Below are positions 43,606 to 53,068 of a stretch of DNA of 64,000 nucleotides, one piece after another. The stretch's first letter is position 1; each line of letters opens with the position of its first letter. Origin of the DNA: an uncultured Chloroflexia bacterium (GTDB lineage Bacteria > Chloroflexota > Limnocylindria > Limnocylindrales > CSP1-4); NCBI GenBank assembly GCA_963766735.1, contig CAVYBU010000030.1:96001-160000 (forward strand), given 5' to 3'. A program made the position numbers and the translations under genes. The notes under the pieces were generated by a model. That model saw only the letters and a list, made by a program, of their open reading frames with translations. It ran no database searches and was not told the DNA's origin.

Positions 43606-45165
43606 GTGTCGACCGATCCCCAGGCCACGCCGCTCGCCGTCGAGCTACGGGGCATCGTCAAGCAGTTCCCCGGCGTCCTCGCGAACGACCAGGTCGACTT
43701 CGAGCTCCGGCCGGGCGAAGTTCACGCGCTGCTCGGGGAGAACGGCGCCGGCAAGAGCACGCTCATGAACATCCTGGCGGGTCTCTACAGGCCCGACGCC
43801 GGGGTGATCCGCGTGGGTGGCGCGATCCAGGACTTCCACTCGCCCCGCGACGCCATCGCGGCGGGCCTCGGCATGGTCCACCAGCACTTCACGCTGGTCG
43901 ACTCGCAGACCGTGACCGAGAACGTACTCCTGGGCCTGGACGAGCCGCGCTTCCGCATGCGCCTTGGCCGGTACGAGGACCGGATCGCCGACCTGTCGGA
44001 GTCGTTCGGGCTGCGGGTCGACCCGCGGGCCAAGGTCTGGCAGCTCTCCGTGGGCGAGCAGCAGCGGGTCGAGATCCTGAAGATGCTCTACCGCGGCGTC
44101 CACATCCTGATCATGGACGAGCCAACGGCGGTCCTGGCACCGCAGGAGACCGAGGAGCTCTTCAGGACGTTGCGCTCCATGATCGCGAGCGGCCACTCCA
44201 TCGTCTTCATCAGCCACAAGCTGACCGAGGTCGCCTCGATCGCCGACCGGATCACGGTCATGCGCCGGGGACGGGTCACCGCGGCCGGGATCGCCACGGC
44301 CACGACCACGCGCACCAGCCTCGCCGAGCTGATGGTCGGGCGACCCGTGATCGAGGTGCTCGAGCGAACGCCGTTCAACCCGGGCGATGTCATCCTGTCG
44401 GTGCGGGACGTCGAGGCAATGAACGACCGCGGCCTGCCGGCCCTGCGGGGGGTCTCCTTCGACGTGCGCGCGGGAGAGATCCTGGGGATCGCCGGCGTTG
44501 CCGGCAACGGCCAGTCCGAGCTCGCGCAGGTGATCACCGGACTCCGTCCCTGCCATGGCCACATCGAGGTCGCGGGTGCCGAGACGGCCAACCATCCGAC
44601 CGGCGAGACGATCCGGCGCGGGGTCGCCCACGTTCCAGAGGACCGGACCGGCGTCGGCAGTGCGCCCAACCTGTCCGTCATGGACAACCTGATCATGAAG
44701 AGCTACAGGCGCCCGCCGATCGCCCGTGGCTGGGTCGTGGACCAGGCCGCCGCCCGCCGGATCTCGGAGGGCCTCCGCGAGGGGTACCAGATCCTGACCC
44801 CATCGGTCGACACGGCAGCCCGGCTGCTCTCCGGTGGCAACCTCCAGCGCCTGATCCTGGCCCGGGAGATCGATCAGGACCCGCGGCTGCTCGTGGCCGT
44901 CCAGCCGACGCGCGGACTCGATGTCGGGGCCATCGAGGGCGTACATCGCCTGCTCCTCGCCCGCCGGGAATCGGGCTCCGCGACGATCATGATCTCGGAG
45001 GACCTCGACGAGGTGCTCGCCCTCTCGGACCGGATCGCCGTCATGTACGAGGGGCACCTCCACGGCCCGTTCAGCGCGGCCGAGGTTGACGCCCGGGGCC
45101 TGGGCATGCTCATGACCGGCGGCGACTGGCAGCCCGCCTCCTCTACGACCGGAGCCGCGTCATGA
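43606..45165 (+). CDS. Nucleoside/sugar ABC transporter ATP-binding protein (tandem ABC domains); start may be CTG at 43591
   Basis: LGENGAGKST, MVHQHF, LSVGEQQRVE, MDEPT, LSGGNLQR, QPTRGLDVG. Confidence 0.93.
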   Translation: MSTDPQATPLAVELRGIVKQFPGVLANDQVDFELRPGEVHALLGENGAGKSTLMNILAGLYRPDAGVIRVGGAIQDFHSPRDAIAAGLGMVHQHFTLVDSQTVTENVLLGLDEPRFRMRLGRYEDRIADLSESFGLRVDPRAKVWQLSVGEQQRVEILKMLYRGVHILIMDEPTAVLAPQETEELFRTLRSMIASGHSIVFISHKLTEVASIADRITVMRRGRVTAAGIATATTTRTSLAELMVGRPVIEVLERTPFNPGDVILSVRDVEAMNDRGLPALRGVSFDVRAGEILGIAGVAGNGQSELAQVITGLRPCHGHIEVAGAETANHPTGETIRRGVAHVPEDRTGVGSAPNLSVMDNLIMKSYRRPPIARGWVVDQAAARRISEGLREGYQILTPSVDTAARLLSGGNLQRLILAREIDQDPRLLVAVQPTRGLDVGAIEGVHRLLLARRESGSATIMISEDLDEVLALSDRIAVMYEGHLHGPFSAAEVDARGLGMLMTGGDWQPASSTTGAAS

Positions 45166-46286
45166 GCGCCTCGCAGGTCCCGCTCGCCCCGCCTCCCAGG
45201 GCGCGGCGGATGCCCTACACGGTCTCGCTCGAACGACGCCTCGACGAGCCCCGCTGGTCCGGGCTCATCACCCTCGTCGCAGTGCTGGTCGCGCTCGTCA
45301 TCAGCGGCCTGATGATCGCGCTCGTGGGCGGCGATCCCATCCGGTCGTACGTGCACATCATCGGGGCGGCGTTCGGCAGCCCGGGGGTCATCTCGGACAC
45401 GCTGGTGAAGGCGACGCCGCTCATCCTTGCCGGCCTCGCCTGCGCCCTCGCCTTCCGGATGCGCCTCTGGAACATCGGCGTCGAAGGCCAGTACCTGATG
45501 GGCGCCTGGGGAGCCACCGCCGTGGTGATGATCCCGCTGGTGCCGGCCGACGCGCCAGCCCCGGTCATGCTGATCGCGATGGCCGTCGCAGGGTTCCTCA
45601 GCGGTGCCATCTGGGGATCGATCCCGGGCCTTCTGAAGGCGTACCTCAAGGTGAACGAGATCATCGTCACCCTGATGCTCAACTACGTCGCCCTGCTGTT
45701 CATCCAGTACTGGGTCTTCGGTCCGTGGAGCGAGGGCGGCTTCCAGATGACAAAGCAGTTCCCGAGGACCGCGTGGCTGCCGCGACTCTCCGACTTCGCG
45801 GACAGCGTTCCCGCCTTCGGCGGCCTGACCGTCCACGCCGGGTTCCTGATCGCCCTGCTGGCTGCGACGATCGTCTGGCTCGTCGTCCGGCGGAGTCGCT
45901 GGGGGTTCGTCATCCAGCTGGTGGGCGACAGCCCCAACGCAGCCCGGTATGCGGGCGTCAACATCAAGCGCGACATCGTGCTGGTGTTCATGGTCTCGGG
46001 CGGGCTCGCCGGCCTCGCCGGCATGAGCGAGGTCGCCGGCGCCGTTCATCGCCTCCAGGACAGCTCGCCCGGCTACGGTTTCACGGCGATCATCGTGGCC
46101 TACCTGGCGCGGTTCAACCCCCTTGGGGTCATCGTCGCCGCGATCCTGTTCGCGGCGCTGATCCTCGCCGGCCGTGAGATCCAGCCGTCCGGCATCCCGG
46201 CGATGGTCCAGGGGATCGTCCTGTTCTGCGTGATCGCCAGCGACGTCCTGCGCCGCTACAGCGTTCGCGTGCAGAGGGCTGCCTGA
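45162..46286 (+). CDS. Nucleoside ABC transporter permease
   Basis: ATPLILAGL, WNIGVEGQ, VNEIIVTLMLNY, GYGFTAIIVA. Confidence 0.92.
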   Translation: MSASQVPLAPPPRARRMPYTVSLERRLDEPRWSGLITLVAVLVALVISGLMIALVGGDPIRSYVHIIGAAFGSPGVISDTLVKATPLILAGLACALAFRMRLWNIGVEGQYLMGAWGATAVVMIPLVPADAPAPVMLIAMAVAGFLSGAIWGSIPGLLKAYLKVNEIIVTLMLNYVALLFIQYWVFGPWSEGGFQMTKQFPRTAWLPRLSDFADSVPAFGGLTVHAGFLIALLAATIVWLVVRRSRWGFVIQLVGDSPNAARYAGVNIKRDIVLVFMVSGGLAGLAGMSEVAGAVHRLQDSSPGYGFTAIIVAYLARFNPLGVIVAAILFAALILAGREIQPSGIPAMVQGIVLFCVIASDVLRRYSVRVQRAA

Positions 46287-46288
46287 CC

Positions 46289-47257
46289 ATGGACCCGATC
46301 ATCATCCTCGCGGCAGGGGTGACCACCGGCACGGTCCTGCTGTTCGCGGCACTCGGCGAGGTCTTCGCGGAGCGATCCGGCATCATCAACCTCGGCGTCG
46401 AGGGGATGATGCTGATGGGCGCGGTCGCGGGCTTCTCCACGGTTGTCGCAACCGGGAACCCCTGGCTCGGTGTCCTGGTTGCCATGCTGGCCGGTGTCGC
46501 ACTGTCGCTCCTCCACGCGATCGTCACGATCACCTTCCAGGCGGACCAGATCGTCTCCGGCCTCTCGCTGACGCTCCTTGGAACGGGGATCGCGCGGGTC
46601 CTGGGCGAGGGGCTCTCCAAGGCCGGCTCCACGTCGCTCCTGCCGCGGCTCACCATCCCGGGGCTCAGTGAGATCCCGGTCATCGGACCGATCTTCTTCA
46701 CCGGGCAGAGCGTGCTGGTCTACGTCGGGTTCCTCGCGGTCCCGATCGCCTGGTACTGGATCAATCGGACCCGGCCCGGGCTCCACCTCCGCGCCGTCGG
46801 CGAGAACCCCACGGCCGCCGATTCGCTGGGCGTGAACGTCTACCGGGTGCGGTACATGTACGTCATGCTGGGCGGCCTGCTGGCCGGGCTTGCGGGAGCC
46901 ACCATCACCCTGGCCATCCAGCCGGGCTGGTTCGGTGACCTGACGGTCGGCGGGCGCGGCTGGATCGCGATCGGCCTCGTGATCTTCGCCCAGTGGTCAC
47001 CGCTGCGGGTGGCCATCGGCGCGTACCTGTTCGGCGCGATCGGGCGACTGATCCTGGACATCCAGGGTCCCGCGGAGCTGTTCGGGTTCTCCAACCCGTT
47101 CCACGACGTCCACGCGCTGACCTTCTTCCTCGGCATGACACCCTACGTCCTGGTCATCGTGATCCTGGTGTTCGGCTCGCGGGAGGCCGTGCGCAAGCGC
47201 CTGGGCTCGCCGGCTGCGCTGGGCATGCCGTACGTGCGGGGCGAACGGGGACACTGA
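46289..47257 (+). CDS. Nucleoside ABC transporter permease
   Basis: ERSGIINLGVEGMML, LRAVGENP, GRGWIAIGLVIFAQWSP, PAALGMPY. Confidence 0.92.
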   Translation: MDPIIILAAGVTTGTVLLFAALGEVFAERSGIINLGVEGMMLMGAVAGFSTVVATGNPWLGVLVAMLAGVALSLLHAIVTITFQADQIVSGLSLTLLGTGIARVLGEGLSKAGSTSLLPRLTIPGLSEIPVIGPIFFTGQSVLVYVGFLAVPIAWYWINRTRPGLHLRAVGENPTAADSLGVNVYRVRYMYVMLGGLLAGLAGATITLAIQPGWFGDLTVGGRGWIAIGLVIFAQWSPLRVAIGAYLFGAIGRLILDIQGPAELFGFSNPFHDVHALTFFLGMTPYVLVIVILVFGSREAVRKRLGSPAALGMPYVRGERGH

Positions 47258-47274
47258 TCCCGGTCCCGGCGCGA

Positions 47275-47793
47275 TCACCGACGGTCGAGAACCAGCTCCT
47301 CGAGCGACCTGCGGACCTTCGGCGGCCGGGCGTCGGCGGGGTGGCCGAGCGGCGTGAACGCCCAGGGTTCCACGCCATCGGGCAGGGCCAGGACCTCCCG
47401 GGCCGCGGTCGGGTCGAAGGAGGCGACCCAGCAGGTCCCCAGGCCCTCCTGGGCGGCCGCCAGGAGAAGGTGGGTCATCGCGATCGCCGGGTCGACGCCC
47501 GCTGCGGACCAGCCATCGACGGCGCGCACCCAGCTCTCGCCCGGGACGGCGCAGACGGCCAGGACCAACGGAGCCTGGACGAACCACTCGCGATCGTAGA
47601 TCCGCCGCAGATCGTGCTCCTGCCCAGCCGTCCGGATCACGACCACGCGGAAGGCCTGGCGGTTGGCCGCCGTCGGCGCCAGCTGGACGGCCTCGAGGAT
47701 CCGCGTCAACGCTCCCTCGTCAACGGGCGACGCGTCGTACGCCCGGACGCTGTACCTCGCCCTGACCAGGTCCCCGAAGCTCATCGATGTCAT
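47275..47793 (-). CDS. FMN-dependent nitroreductase family protein
   Basis: RYSVRAY, APTAANRQAF, GLGTCWV, LGHP. Confidence 0.92.
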   Translation of the reverse strand: MTSMSFGDLVRARYSVRAYDASPVDEGALTRILEAVQLAPTAANRQAFRVVVIRTAGQEHDLRRIYDREWFVQAPLVLAVCAVPGESWVRAVDGWSAAGVDPAIAMTHLLLAAAQEGLGTCWVASFDPTAAREVLALPDGVEPWAFTPLGHPADARPPKVRRSLEELVLDRR

Positions 47794-48376
47794 CGCGTTC
47801 TCCCGTGGTTCTTCGTGACGGCCGGATCTGTCGGCGGGTTCGATGGCTCAGCCGGACCCGCCGGGCACCGCGTGCAGGATGAGCCGGCGGGGGATCCGCC
47901 CGGCGATCGCGTGTTGCCGAGAGCATCCGCTCGCTGCCGAGGATTGCCCCCGGCGCGCCCGTCCGCAACGGCCGGATGGCCCGGGCATGACGGTCGAGAC
48001 GCACGTCCGCCCGGCGGAACCCGGCGCCGGTCGGGTGTGCCTGACGCCATCGCCCCCATCCCTGTCGTGCGGATGATGCACGGCGAAACCGTTCAGCCGC
48101 CTCGTGTCTCAAGGAGGTGGGCGGCTGGCGTCGGGCGAGGCCACCGCGTCGTCATGGGATCGAAAGGTCCCGCCCGCGACACTCGTCCCGTCAAACGTTC
48201 ACGCGGCGACAGGACCGACCTCCTCCCGGTCCTGTCGCCGCCATTCCCGACGGGAGCTCCCAAGATGATTGACCAGGGGCCGACCCGCCTCGGACGCGCT
48301 CGCATCGCGAGCCCATCCCCGTGGCACCATGGCGGCGGGCAGCCCGCGCCGGGTTGCGGGCACGGGAGGCTGAACG

Positions 48377-49045
48377 GTGCGGGTTCTGGTGGCCGAGGAC
48401 GACGAGGGCCTGCGCGAAGTCCTGGTCCTCGGCCTGTCCGACGCCGGCTACCACGTCGATGCCGTGGACCGCGGCGACGACGCCATCGACCACCTGCGCT
48501 GGTACGAGTACGACGTCGCCGTCATCGACTGGCGAATGCCGGGTGCCGAGGGGATCGACGTCATCGCCTGGGCCCGCCGGCACGACCGCCCGACGGCCCT
48601 CCTCATGCTCACCGCCCGCGACACGCCCGCTGACCGGATCCGCGGCCTGGACACCGGCGCGGACGACTACCTGGTCAAGCCCTTCGACTTCGGGGAGCTG
48701 CTCGCCCGCGTCCGCGCCCTGCAGCGCCGGCCGCGCGGCGTCGACGCTCCCGTCCTGCGCGCCGGCCGCCTGGAGCTGGACCCCGTGACACGGGTGGTCA
48801 CCGCCGCAGGCCGGGAGATCTCCCTCACCGGCACCGAGTACCGGATCCTGGAGGTCCTGCTCCGTCGCTCTCCCGCGGTGGTGGACCGCAAGGCCATCGC
48901 GGAGCACGCCTGGGCGGACGAGACGGATCCCCTTGGCTCCAACGCCATCGACGTCCAGTTGAGCCGCCTCCGGGCGAAGCTCCCGGACGCCGGCATCCGC
49001 ATCGTCACCGTCCGTGGCGAGGGCTACCGGCTGGAGTCGGCGTGA
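48377..49045 (+). CDS. OmpR/PhoB-family response regulator
   Basis: VLVAEDD, IDWRMPG, LTAR, GADDYLVKPF, TVRGEGY. Confidence 0.95.
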   Translation: MRVLVAEDDEGLREVLVLGLSDAGYHVDAVDRGDDAIDHLRWYEYDVAVIDWRMPGAEGIDVIAWARRHDRPTALLMLTARDTPADRIRGLDTGADDYLVKPFDFGELLARVRALQRRPRGVDAPVLRAGRLELDPVTRVVTAAGREISLTGTEYRILEVLLRRSPAVVDRKAIAEHAWADETDPLGSNAIDVQLSRLRAKLPDAGIRIVTVRGEGYRLESA

Positions 49046-50280
49046 ACGTGGCGCATGCGCCTGGCGTCCGCCGCCAGTCGATCCGCGTCGCGCTCGCCGC
49101 GACCGGCGTCGTCGCGATCGTCTACTTCGTGGTGGCGGCTGGGGTCGTGGCCTTCGCCACGCGTGATCTCACCGCGCAGGTCGACGTTCGCCTCACCCAG
49201 TCCCTCGGCCGCCTCCCGCCGGATGACGGACCCCAGGATCCGCCGCCCGACCCGGGTCGGGATCCGGGGCGCCCGTACGGGGCACCCTTCCTGTTGTGGT
49301 TCGTCGCCGCCGACGGCACGTCCGTCGGCAGCAGCTCCACCCCCGACCTCCCCGCCGGCCTGGAGACGGTCACCGATCCGGTCACTGCCACCATCGACGG
49401 CACGACGATGCGGGTCGCCGGCACGGACGCGGGCGCACGGCGCGTGGTCGTCGCCCAGTCGATGGAGCTGGTCGCCGACGCCCAGCGGACCATCGTCCTG
49501 GGCGTGCTGCTCATCGCGCCGTTCCTGCTGGGATTCGTGTTCGTCGGGGCCGTCATCGTGGGCCGCCGGGTGGCGGCGCCCATCGAGGCCGCGCGTCGTC
49601 GCCAGCTGGAGTTCACCGCGGACGCCTCGCACGAGCTCAGGACGCCGCTCTCCGTGATCGAGGCGCATACCTCGCTGGCCCTCGCCCAGGAGCGGGATGC
49701 TGGGTGGTACCGCTCGGCATTCACCAGCGTGGACCGGGAGGCGAAGCGGATGCGCCGGCTGCTCGAGGACATGCTCTGGCTGGCCCGCTTCGATGCCGCC
49801 CAGGCGCCCGCGCCGTCCGGGCCCGTGGACCTGGGCACGCTCGCGCGCCAGGCCGCGGACCGGTTCTCGGTCATCGCCGAGACACGCCACCTCCGCCTGG
49901 ACGTCCATGTCCCCGGGGACGACGTCGTCATCGCAGCCCCCGCGGACCTGGTGGACCGGCTGATCGTCGTGCTGCTGGACAACGCCTGCAAGTACGCCCC
50001 CGAGGGTGGTTCCGTGGACGTCACCGTCGCGGCGGAGGGCGCCCGGGCGAGCGTCACGGTCGACGACTCGGGCCCCGGGATCGACGACGAGGAGCGTCAG
50101 CGGATCTTCGCACGCTTCCACCGCTCGCTGGCAACGTCGGATGAGGCCGGCGGCGCCGGGCTGGGCCTGGCCATCGGCGATGCGATCGTCCGGGCGACTG
50201 GCGGCCGCTGGGCGGTCGGGCGCGCCCCGGCCGGCGGTGCCCGGTTCTCGGTGAGCTGGAGCCGAGCCTCGCTCGACTAG
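49042..50280 (+). CDS. Sensor histidine kinase
   Basis: Two TM helices; DASHELRTPL, LLDNACKY, DSGPGI, GAGLGLAI. Confidence 0.93.
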   Translation: MNVAHAPGVRRQSIRVALAATGVVAIVYFVVAAGVVAFATRDLTAQVDVRLTQSLGRLPPDDGPQDPPPDPGRDPGRPYGAPFLLWFVAADGTSVGSSSTPDLPAGLETVTDPVTATIDGTTMRVAGTDAGARRVVVAQSMELVADAQRTIVLGVLLIAPFLLGFVFVGAVIVGRRVAAPIEAARRRQLEFTADASHELRTPLSVIEAHTSLALAQERDAGWYRSAFTSVDREAKRMRRLLEDMLWLARFDAAQAPAPSGPVDLGTLARQAADRFSVIAETRHLRLDVHVPGDDVVIAAPADLVDRLIVVLLDNACKYAPEGGSVDVTVAAEGARASVTVDDSGPGIDDEERQRIFARFHRSLATSDEAGGAGLGLAIGDAIVRATGGRWAVGRAPAGGARFSVSWSRASLD

Positions 50281-50374
50281 CCGTGCAGACCTCGCCGGTC
50301 GCGGCGGCGACGGCTTGGCCGGCCGGGCGGATCGCGTAACCGGATCGAAAGGGTGCCCACGCGAGACTGCGGGC

Positions 50375-50872
50375 ATGATCACGAACCGCTCCCGATCCTC
50401 CACGGTCGCGCGCTCGTTCGCGAGCCCCGGCATCGGCCGCGAGGTCCTCACGTTCGGCGCCATCGGCATCGTCAGCACGGCGGCCTACGCAGTCCTGTAC
50501 CTGGTGCTTCGGACGGCCGCCGAACCGGTGGCTGCCAACGCTCTCGCGCTCGTGCTCACGGCCGTCGGCAACACCGCCGCCAATCGGCGGCTCACATTCG
50601 GCGTGCGCGACGGCGGTTCGATGCTCCGTGACCAGCTCGGTGGCCTCCTGGCGCTCGGGATCGCCCTCGCGATCACCACTGCCTCGGTCGCCGTCCTGGC
50701 CACCCTCGCCCCGGACGCCGGCCGGCCGGTGGAGCTGGCGGTGCTGGTCGTCGCCAACGGCCTCGCCACGGTCGCCCGCTTCGTCCTCCTTCGCGCATGG
50801 ATCACCGGGAACCGGGGTCCTGCGCCGAGCCCCGCCCCGCCCAGCGCCCCTCTTCCAGGAGTCGCCCCATGA
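50375..50872 (+). CDS. GtrA-family protein (lipid-linked sugar translocase-like)
   Basis: LTFGAIGIVST...ANALAL...NTAANRRLTF; four TM helices. Confidence 0.88.
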   Translation: MITNRSRSSTVARSFASPGIGREVLTFGAIGIVSTAAYAVLYLVLRTAAEPVAANALALVLTAVGNTAANRRLTFGVRDGGSMLRDQLGGLLALGIALAITTASVAVLATLAPDAGRPVELAVLVVANGLATVARFVLLRAWITGNRGPAPSPAPPSAPLPGVAP

Positions 50873-52923
50873 CCACGCTTGCCCCGCCCACCGCCGAACC
50901 CCGCCTCGGGCCCGTGCCCGCCACCGCTGGGGCTCGCCTGCGGACGCTCGTCCGAACGAGGGCCGCCGAGAAGACCTGGGTCCTGCCGGCCACCGCGGCC
51001 GTCCTGGTCCTGGCCACGATCCTCTACGTCGTCAACCTGACGGTCAGCGGCTATGCCAACGTCTACTACTCGGGCGCCGCGTGGGCCGCGTCCCAGAGCT
51101 GGTCTGCCTGGTTCTTCGGATCCGTCGACCCTGCGAACTTCATCACCGTGGACAAGCCCCCGCTGGCCACGATGGTGATGGGCCTGTCGGTCCGCCTGTT
51201 CGGCCTCAGCTCCGCGTCGATCCTCCTGCCCCAGGCGCTGATGGGCGTCGGCACGGTGGCCCTGACCATGGCGGTCGTGCGGCGCACGTTCGGCGGCCCG
51301 GCCTCGATCATCGCCGGCCTCATCACGGCGCTGACCCCGGCCGCGGTCCTGATGTTCCGCTACAACAACCCGGACGCCCTGCTCACGCTGCTCCTCGTCG
51401 GGTCCGCCTATGCGTTCGTCCGCGCGCTCGAGCACGGTGGCTTCCGCTGGCTCGTTGTCGCCGGTGTCCTCGTCGGCCTCGGCTTCGAGACCAAGCTGTT
51501 GCAGGCGTACCTCGTCCTGCCGGTGTTCGCGCTCGTCTACGCGATCGCTGCGCCGGGCACGATCCGCCGTCGCATCGCGGGCCTCGTCGTCGCCGCGGTC
51601 TCGGTCATCGTCGCCTCGGCCTGGTGGGTGGCCGCCATGGAGGTGATCCCCGCGGCCTCGCGCGCCTATGTCGGTGGCAGCACGAACAACTCCGCGCTGG
51701 ACCTCGTCTTCGGCTACGACGGCCTCGGTCGCATCTTCGGGGGTTCCGGTGGCGGGGCCGGCGGTGGCGGGGCACCGGGCGGCGGAGGGCTGGGCGGGGG
51801 CGGGTTCTCGGGTACGCCCGGGATCCTGCGCCTGTTCAACAGCCAGCTCGGCAGCCAGATCGCCTGGTTCCTGCCGCTGTCGGTGGCCGGCCTGGCGGCC
51901 GGTCTGATCGCCCGCTTCCGCGCGCCGCGCACCGACCTCGTCCGTGCCGCGTTCCTGATGTGGGGCGGCTGGCTTGCCGTCCACGCGATCGTGTTCAGCT
52001 TGATGTCCGGCGTCATCCACAGCTACTACGTGGTCGCCATGGGACCCGCGGTCGGCGCCCTCGTCGGCGGCGGCGCGGTGGTGATGTGGCGGGCGCGCGA
52101 ACGGCATCCGTGGGTCGGGGCCGTGCTCGGCCTGGCGCTCGTGGGCTCGGCCGGCGTGGCGCTCATGCTCCTCGACCGGACCCCGTCCTTCGTGCCGGGT
52201 CTCGGGCTGGTGGTCCTTGCGGTGACCGCGGTGACCGTGCCGCTGGTCGCCCTGCGGCCCACGATCTCGCGCGGTCGCGTCCAGGTGGCCGCGGCCGCGC
52301 TCGGGCTCGCGATGCTGCTCGCCGGGCCGGCCGCGTACGCGGTGGACACGATGCAGACCGCCTATGCCGGTGGCGATCCGTCCGCCGGACCGCAGGCGAC
52401 CTCGACCGACGGCGGACTCGGCGCCGACGGAGGGTCACGCGGCGGCCTGGCTGCCGCCGGCATGACCGGGGCTCCCGGTGGCCTGGCGCCCGCCGGCATG
52501 ACCGGGGCTCCCGGCGGCGGTGGGCCAGGCGGGGGCGCGGGTGCCCCGCTCGACACCGCAACACTGGACTACCTCGTCGCGAACCAGGGCGACGCGACAT
52601 GGCTGGTGGCCGTGAGCGACGCCACCAGCGCAGGCCAGATCGAGATCTCCACCGGTCGGGCCGTAATGGCCATGGGCGGCTTCTCGGGCAGCGACAACGC
52701 CCTGACGCTCCAGCAGCTCCAGGCCCTCGTCGCCTCGGGCGAGCTCCGGTTCGTCTCGGCGGGCGGCGGCGGGGATGGTCGCGGCGGGCCAAACGGAGCA
52801 AGTCCAAACGGCCAGGGCGGCACGTCCGGCGTCAGCAGTTGGGTGACCTCCTCCTGCACGGCGGTGAGTGTCGGCAGCTCGGCCGCCTCCGTCTACGACT
52901 GCGCCGGAGCCGTCTCCGGGTAG
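50869..52923 (+). CDS. GT-C glycosyltransferase (ArnT/PMT-like, GT39/83) with Gly-rich loops
   Basis: ANVYYS, FITVDKPPL, MFRYNNPDALL, GFETKLLQA, HSYY, MAMGGFSGSD. Confidence 0.9.
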   Translation: MTTLAPPTAEPRLGPVPATAGARLRTLVRTRAAEKTWVLPATAAVLVLATILYVVNLTVSGYANVYYSGAAWAASQSWSAWFFGSVDPANFITVDKPPLATMVMGLSVRLFGLSSASILLPQALMGVGTVALTMAVVRRTFGGPASIIAGLITALTPAAVLMFRYNNPDALLTLLLVGSAYAFVRALEHGGFRWLVVAGVLVGLGFETKLLQAYLVLPVFALVYAIAAPGTIRRRIAGLVVAAVSVIVASAWWVAAMEVIPAASRAYVGGSTNNSALDLVFGYDGLGRIFGGSGGGAGGGGAPGGGGLGGGGFSGTPGILRLFNSQLGSQIAWFLPLSVAGLAAGLIARFRAPRTDLVRAAFLMWGGWLAVHAIVFSLMSGVIHSYYVVAMGPAVGALVGGGAVVMWRARERHPWVGAVLGLALVGSAGVALMLLDRTPSFVPGLGLVVLAVTAVTVPLVALRPTISRGRVQVAAAALGLAMLLAGPAAYAVDTMQTAYAGGDPSAGPQATSTDGGLGADGGSRGGLAAAGMTGAPGGLAPAGMTGAPGGGGPGGGAGAPLDTATLDYLVANQGDATWLVAVSDATSAGQIEISTGRAVMAMGGFSGSDNALTLQQLQALVASGELRFVSAGGGGDGRGGPNGASPNGQGGTSGVSSWVTSSCTAVSVGSSAASVYDCAGAVSG

Positions 52924-52970
52924 TCGCCTGACGCTACCTTTCGTGTACGACCCCGTCCCGAAACGCAAAC

Positions 52971-52997
52971 CCGCCGCGTCGGCGTGCGACGCGGCGG
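52971..52997 (-). terminator. Intrinsic terminator hairpin for the sigma factor gene (possibly bidirectional)
   Basis: CCGCCGCGTCG-gcgtg-CGACGCGGCGG; followed on the minus strand by GTTTGCGTTT. Confidence 0.7.
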
Positions 52998-53068
52998 ATT
53001 CGGGGTGACGCCTGATGGATCCGGGCCCGAGCCCGGAGCGGGGCAGGAACCGCGGCAGGAGGGCCCGC

